Positions 18,786 to 24,154 of a stretch of 24,154 bases of DNA are shown piece by piece; positions within the stretch are counted from its first letter, which is position 1, and each line of letters starts with the position of its first letter. Origin of the DNA: a virus (taxonomy: Duplodnaviria; Heunggongvirae; Uroviricota; Caudoviricetes); IMG/VR virus record IMGVR_UViG_2537562172_000007, one strand, 5' to 3'. The position numbers were made by a program, and so were the translations under genes. Under the pieces are notes generated by a model. The model was not told the DNA's origin. It was given only the letters and a program-made list of their open reading frames with translations, and searched no databases.

Positions 18786-19564
18786 TATTCCTCCTACAAT
18801 CAATGTGCAATTACATTTAAACACACCTCAATTTGGCCGGACATATAAATATCTAAACCAGAAAAAATCACTTACATAGCGTTACAAACTCTTTAGTCTA
18901 AAGGTTCATCGTAAAACATTCCCCATACTTATCAGTCCGTTCCGCGCCAGGTAGCTCATTGCCTTATCTGGCAACCTGTAATCAGGTTTCCGCTTTTTCA
19001 GTTGGCTGGTCGTTTAACCGACATAGTTAATCCATTAATCTAGTTGCCGGATGTTGGTGGATTTTCGCGTTTTAGTTGTTCATAAAAGTGCACAGCTTTA
19101 ACCAGTTCTTCTGATGTAACTGGGACTGGTGAGGCAGTGAATAAGGCCTGAATTTGATAGTTCGGCCTGTCGTTACAATCCTCTTTTTTCGGTACATATT
19201 TCCAGTCACCAGACCACTACTTCCCCTGAAAGTCCGTAACGCCTTTTTTCACGTAGCGATATCGCCATGCCACTGGTTTTGCTTGCCCCGCCGTTTCATG
19301 CCCTTCCTGATAATTAATCTCGCTCATTCATCGCCCCACTCATCACAATATGCTTCGACCGGAGTTTTTCCCGCTTCATAGTCATCACGCTAGGATTCGA
19401 CATCAGCAGCACTTCCACCGCGTAACTCACCATAGTCCATTAATAGTTCATCCCGCTCTTCAAAACTGATGTTATATTTAGCTGAACAAAAATCAGCCAC
19501 TTTGTTCTTCCTCATCGTCTTTTATTTCGTGGTATGAGTAATTGCAGTAGTTAAAGAAAATTTC

Positions 19565-19675
19565 TTATGCTCCGTCATGAATTTCCTCAGGTGTTGCGTC
19601 ATCGTCCACTTCGAATACATCCTCAAAATCTCCACCAGCTATTCCCGTTTCAATAATAATTTTGAACTTTCGCAT
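19565..19675 (-). CDS. hypothetical acidic 36-aa protein (MRKFKIIIETGIAGGDFEDVFEVDDDATPEEIHDGA)
   Basis: Manual translation; a GCCGCCC-GAAA-GGGCGG hairpin sits directly upstream of the ATG with AGGAGG further 5'; very tentative. Confidence 0.2.
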   Translation of the reverse strand: MRKFKIIIETGIAGGDFEDVFEVDDDATPEEIHDGA

Positions 19676-19937
19676 TTCACTACCGCCCTTTCGGGCGGCC
19701 TCCTGATGTTCTGAGGGTGCAGAAATCCATCCGGTTAAGGATTAAATTTTATTTACAGAACTGAATTTAATTATTCAGATATACGTATCTGTAGCCTTAC
19801 GAATCTACTCACTGGATGCCTCTTTCATAAAAATAATCCAGTGGGTTTTATCGTTTTTTCCCTGTTCGTTGACAGATAACAGGTTTTCTGTCTGTCAGTG
19901 CCAGAATCTGGCTTACCGGTATTTGCGTTTCATTCCA

Positions 19938-20294
19938 TTAAAAAATCAGAACGCCGTGCGGCCTCAACACCCGAAAGGCTTCTTTAAATCTCTGTCGCGA
20001 ATCATCACGCCAGGCATCTTTATTCAGCCGTCCATATTTCTTTCCCATCCAGGCGTTATCACCAACACTCTCAAGATACGGAGGGTCTAATACAACCATC
20101 GAAAAAGATGCGTCTGCAAATGATAATGCACGAAAATCTGCGATAATGTCAGGGCTGATAATCAAGCGTCTCCCATTGCGTAATGTGTATCCTTCTTTTC
20201 TGATATCGCTGAATATCGCCCGTTCGTCAGACTTATCGAACCAGAACATGCGGCTGCCACAGCACATATCAAGAATGGTTGCCGGTGCACTCAC
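19938..20294 (-). pseudogene. N6-adenine/N4-cytosine (Dam-like) DNA methyltransferase, N-terminal fragment
   Basis: 118-aa ORF with SAM-binding motif I (ILDMCCGS) and catalytic motif IV (DPPY); ends before any target-recognition or C-terminal region; no MTase-like continuation in any frame downstream. Confidence 0.6.
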
Positions 20295-20557
20295 TGCGCC
20301 ACGTCCTGAAAATTACCCTGATAGAAAGCCAGTATGCGCTGCATAACTTCGCTCTTCCGGCACTCGCGACAGATTATGTTTAGGCGACTGTCGTAGCGAC
20401 GTATTTCTCCGTCAGGTGATGACCAGATAAGGTCCGGATCAACCACAGCAGGTTTCTTCACCTTTGCCCTCGAGAGTTTTTTGCGGGCGTTTTGCCAGTC
20501 CTTACGCGCCTGTTCAGAGGGGAATAACCCGTATCCGGAGCTTAAGTTGCACGCCAT
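20291..20557 (-). CDS. hypothetical protein overlapping the methyltransferase fragment start (GTGA overlap)
   Basis: 88-aa ORF with no Shine-Dalgarno at its ATG; an internal GTG at 20461 with GAGGG upstream would give 56 aa. Confidence 0.3.
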   Translation of the reverse strand: MACNLSSGYGLFPSEQARKDWQNARKKLSRAKVKKPAVVDPDLIWSSPDGEIRRYDSRLNIICRECRKSEVMQRILAFYQGNFQDVAQ

Positions 20558-22508
20558 TGGGTGGGTTAAGCATAAATGTATTCCTGGTGCTAAATGGCCC
20601 GAAATTCAGGCAGAGATGCGCATCTGGAAAAAACGTCGCGAAGGTGAACGCAAGGAAACCGGAAAATACACGTCTGTTGTTGATCTCGCCCGCGCCAGAG
20701 CCAATCAACAGTACACTGAAAATTCAACAGGAAAAATCAGCCCGGTCATTGCTGCCATTCATCGCGAATACAAGCAGACATGGAAAACACTGGATGACGA
20801 ACTGGCCTACGCTCTCTGGCCTAGTGATGTGGATGCCGGAAACATTGACGGCAGCATCCATCGCTGGGCAAAAAAAGAAGTTATCGACAACGACCGCGAA
20901 GACTGGAAGCGTATCTCGGCATCAATGCGCAAACAGCCTGATGCCCTTCGCTACGACCGCCAAACTATTTTTGGCCTTGTCCGTGAGCGTCCGATCGACA
21001 TTCACAAAGATCCCGTAGCACTGAACAAATATATCTGCGAATACCTGACGACAAAGGGCGTGTTTGAGAATGAAGAAACAGACCTGGGCACTGTTGATGT
21101 TCTCCAGTCATCAGAAACACAAACTGATGCAGTGGAAACTGAGGTATCTGATATCCCAAAAAATGAAACCGCGCCGGAAGCTGAACCATCTGTAGAGCGT
21201 GAGGGGCCGTTCTATTTCCTCTTCGCAGATAAGGACGGAGAAAAATACGGTCGCGCAAACAAACTCTCTGGTCTGGATAAGGCACTGGCTGCTGGCGCCA
21301 CTGAAATCACAAAAGAAGAATATTTTGCCCGAAAAAATGGCACATACACGGGCTTACCGCAAAATGTAGATACCGCTGAAGATTCAGAACAACCAGAGCC
21401 GATAAAAGTTACCGCTGACGAAGTAAACAAAATTATGCAGGCAGCCAATATCAGCCAGCCTGACGCCGATAAGTTGCTTGCTGCATCACGTGGTGAATTT
21501 GTTGAAGGGATTAGTGACCCGAATGATCCGAAATGGGTTAAGGGGCTCCAGACCCGCGATTCTGTGAACCAGAACCAGCATGAATCGGAACGGAACTACC
21601 AAAAAGCGGAACAAAACAGTCCAAATGCGTTACAAAACGAGCCAGAAACGAAACAGCCTGAACCAGTAGCGCAACAGGAAGTGGAAAAAGTCTGCACCGC
21701 CTGCGGTCAGACCGGCGGCGGCAACTGCCCTGATTGTGGCGCGGTGATGGGCGACGCAACATACCAAGAAACATTCGATGAAGAGTATCAGGTTGAAGTT
21801 CAGGAAGATGATCCGGAGGAAATGGAAGGCGCTGAACATCCACACAAGGAGAACACTGGCGGCAATCAGCATCACAATAGCGATAATGAAACTGGCGAGA
21901 CGGCAGATCACCCAATTAAGGTGAACGGTCATCACGAAATCACATCCACCAGCAGGACGTGTGACCATCTAATGATCGACCTTGAAACCATGGGAAAAAA
22001 TCCTGATGCCCCGATCATCTCAATAGGTGCAATATTTTTCGATCCGCAAACCGGAGATATGGGACCGGAATTTAGTAAGACTATCGATCTGGAAACTGCT
22101 GGCGGAGTCATTGATCGGGACACCATTAAATGGTGGCTTAAGCAATCACGCGAAGCGCAATCTGCCATTATGACCGATGAAATCCCGTTAGATGATGCAC
22201 TGTTACAATTGCGAGAATTTATCGACGAAAACTCCGGTGAATTTTTTGTTCAGGTTTGGGGAAATGGAGCCAACTTCGACAACACGATTTTGCGCCGTTC
22301 ATACGAACGGCAGGGGATCCCCTGCCCGTGGCGTTACTACAACGATCGCGATGTACGCACAATCGTTGAGCTGGGGAAAGCCATAGACTTCGATGCCAGA
22401 ACGGCTATTCCATTCGAAGGTGAGCGCCATAATGCACTTGATGACGCCCGTTACCAGGCAAAAATACGTTTCAGTTATCTGGCAAAAACTGATCCCGAGT
22501 CAGGCTGA
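20481..22508 (+). CDS. phage exonuclease with C-terminal DnaQ-like (DEDDh) 3'-5' exonuclease domain
   Basis: Exo motifs MIDLETMG, WGNGANFDNTIL and HNALDDARYQ in the last ~190 aa; acidic low-complexity linker with CTACGQTGGGNCPDCG zinc ribbon; start uncertain (TTG at 20481 or ATG at 20616). Confidence 0.8.
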   Translation: MRAFCQSLRACSEGNNPYPELKLHAIGWVKHKCIPGAKWPEIQAEMRIWKKRREGERKETGKYTSVVDLARARANQQYTENSTGKISPVIAAIHREYKQTWKTLDDELAYALWPSDVDAGNIDGSIHRWAKKEVIDNDREDWKRISASMRKQPDALRYDRQTIFGLVRERPIDIHKDPVALNKYICEYLTTKGVFENEETDLGTVDVLQSSETQTDAVETEVSDIPKNETAPEAEPSVEREGPFYFLFADKDGEKYGRANKLSGLDKALAAGATEITKEEYFARKNGTYTGLPQNVDTAEDSEQPEPIKVTADEVNKIMQAANISQPDADKLLAASRGEFVEGISDPNDPKWVKGLQTRDSVNQNQHESERNYQKAEQNSPNALQNEPETKQPEPVAQQEVEKVCTACGQTGGGNCPDCGAVMGDATYQETFDEEYQVEVQEDDPEEMEGAEHPHKENTGGNQHHNSDNETGETADHPIKVNGHHEITSTSRTCDHLMIDLETMGKNPDAPIISIGAIFFDPQTGDMGPEFSKTIDLETAGGVIDRDTIKWWLKQSREAQSAIMTDEIPLDDALLQLREFIDENSGEFFVQVWGNGANFDNTILRRSYERQGIPCPWRYYNDRDVRTIVELGKAIDFDARTAIPFEGERHNALDDARYQAKIRFSYLAKTDPESG

Positions 22509-22587
22509 TTCTTAATGTTCAACTGTCGCCGGTTGTGACTGGTATTCTGCAACCGGCGCTCGTCTGATGTAAGAGATAAAGAAATCG

Positions 22588-22839
22588 ATGAGCGAAGTAA
22601 TCATGATTGTCTCTCCCGGCAAATGGGTATCCGAAGAGCAGTTAATTGCGCTGAAAGGAATAAAAAAAGGTACGTTAAAAAAGGCCCGGGAAAAATCGTT
22701 TATGGAAGGAAGGGAATATAAGCATGTCGCTCATGACGGTATGCCATGGGATAACAGTCCATGCTTTTACAACCTGGAAGAAATTGATCGCTGGATTGAG
22801 CGCCAGGCATCAGCGAGACCAAGACGTCATCTTACTTGA
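22588..22839 (+). CDS. excisionase-like small DNA-binding protein
   Basis: 83-aa basic protein immediately upstream of the integrase, same strand; no strong sequence match recalled. Confidence 0.55.
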   Translation: MSEVIMIVSPGKWVSEEQLIALKGIKKGTLKKAREKSFMEGREYKHVAHDGMPWDNSPCFYNLEEIDRWIERQASARPRRHLT

Positions 22840-22858
22840 CTAAAAGCCACACTAACTA

Positions 22859-24154
22859 ATGAGAGAAGTTGAAATGAAATATCCGACAGGCGTGGAAAAC
22901 CATGGAGGGAAATTACGTATCTGGTTTGTTTATAAAGACGTAAGAGTCAGGGAAAATCTGGGGGTTCCTGACACAGCAAAAAACAGGCGCGTTGCAGGTG
23001 AACTACGCTCCTCTGTTTGTTACGCAATAAAAACTGGTGTTTTCGACTATGCAAAACAGTTTCCCTCCTCACGCAATCTGGAAAAATTTGGTGAGGCCCG
23101 ACAAGATTTAACCATAAAAGAACTGGCTGAAAAATTTCTGGCACTGAAAGAAACTGAAGTCGCCAAAACATCACTCAACACATACCGTGCCGTCATCAAA
23201 AATATCCTGAGCATAATCGGTGAAAAAAATCTTGCCTCATCGATTAATAAAGAAAAATTACTGGAGGTTCGTAAAGAGTTACTGACTGGATACCAGATCC
23301 CCAAAAGTAACTATATTGTTACACAACCAGGGAGATCGGCTGTAACTGTAAATAATTACATGACAAATCTTAACGCCGTGTTCCAGTTTGGTGTTGATAA
23401 CGGTTACCTGGCAGATAATCCGTTTAAGGGGATCTCGCCATTAAAGGAATCAAGAACCATTCCGGATCCTCTTTCGCGGGAAGAATTTATCCGTCTTATC
23501 GATGCGTGCAGAAATCAGCAAGCAAAAAATTTATGGTGTGTTTCTGTTTATACTGGAGTTCGCCCTGGTGAGCTGTGTGCACTTGGATGGGAGGACATAG
23601 ATCTGAAAAATGGAACAATGATGATCAGGAGAAATTTAGCAAAAGACCGTTTCACGGTACCAAAAACACAGGCGGGAACCAATCGGGTCATTCATCTTAT
23701 TAAGCCAGCAATCGACGCTCTCCGGAGTCAGATGACATTAACGAGACTGAGCAAAGAGCATATCATTGATGTTCACCTCAGAGAGTATGGCAGAACAGAA
23801 AAACAAAAATGCACCTTTGTTTTTCAACCTGAAGTGTCAGCGAGAGTAAAAAATTATGGTGACCATTTTACCGTTGACTCAATAAGGCAGATGTGGGACG
23901 CAGCGATAAAACGTGCCGGACTCCGCCATCGAAAATCATATCAGTCGAGACATACTTATGCCTGCTGGTCGCTGACAGCTGGTGCTAACCCGGCATTTAT
24001 AGCAAACCAGATGGGCCATGCAGATGCGCAAATGGTATTTCAGGTATACGGAAAATGGATGTCTGAAAACAATAATGCACAGGTAGCTTTGTTAAATACA
24101 CAGTTAAGCGAGTTTGCCCCAACCATGCCCCATAACGAAGCAATGAAAAATTAA
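22859..24154 (+). CDS. tyrosine integrase (phage integrase family)
   Basis: C-terminal catalytic residues in context (RPGELCAL, HTYACW, Y in YGKWM); N-terminal arm-binding-like region; ATG at 22874 has the better Shine-Dalgarno (GAGAAG); stop at the window end. Confidence 0.9.
   Translation: MREVEMKYPTGVENHGGKLRIWFVYKDVRVRENLGVPDTAKNRRVAGELRSSVCYAIKTGVFDYAKQFPSSRNLEKFGEARQDLTIKELAEKFLALKETEVAKTSLNTYRAVIKNILSIIGEKNLASSINKEKLLEVRKELLTGYQIPKSNYIVTQPGRSAVTVNNYMTNLNAVFQFGVDNGYLADNPFKGISPLKESRTIPDPLSREEFIRLIDACRNQQAKNLWCVSVYTGVRPGELCALGWEDIDLKNGTMMIRRNLAKDRFTVPKTQAGTNRVIHLIKPAIDALRSQMTLTRLSKEHIIDVHLREYGRTEKQKCTFVFQPEVSARVKNYGDHFTVDSIRQMWDAAIKRAGLRHRKSYQSRHTYACWSLTAGANPAFIANQMGHADAQMVFQVYGKWMSENNNAQVALLNTQLSEFAPTMPHNEAMKN

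Noticed and set aside
16560-20480. dicA/dicC repressors or DicF sRNA, as in K-12 Qin
   Set aside because: No HTH repressor-sized ORF and no sequence I recognise as DicF; I could not recall the DicF sequence accurately enough to exclude it fully.

Overview
This 24.2 kb window is almost entirely a Qin-like defective lambdoid prophage of the Escherichia coli type, inserted into the 5' end of an MFS transporter gene (ydfJ, 1-1284, minus strand). All protein identities are from reading the translations and from recalled lambda and E. coli K-12 sequences; no database search was run. Left to right: ydfK; orphan invertase pinQ convergent with tfaQ; a C-terminal side-tail-fibre fragment; out-of-frame fragments of lambda J, L and A; an intact Nu1 homologue (nohA) beside a lambda-type cos site; the morons ynfO, ydfO, gnsB, ynfN and cspI; a phage-21-type lysis cassette (essQ, ydfR, rrrQ, rzpQ/rzoQ); a zinc-ribbon ORF; divergent cspB and cspF; a pR'/tR'-like late promoter-terminator; quuQ; ydfU with an HNH-like motif and a coupled upstream 92-aa ORF; rem; relB-relE-hokD; ydfV; sigma-28-driven flxA. 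Beyond flxA, where K-12 Qin carries its dicA/dicC immunity region, there is instead an insertion sequence with an rve-type DDE transposase, then small ORFs, a truncated Dam-like methyltransferase, a DnaQ-like exonuclease, an excisionase-like gene and a complete tyrosine integrase at the right edge; the attachment site lies outside the window. I found no rRNA, tRNA or CRISPR array. I could not identify an unambiguous new defence system. The best leads are the ynfO-ydfO pair, the orf92-ydfU pair, the retained cos-Nu1 module, and the IS-flanked small membrane ORFs and methyltransferase remnant.
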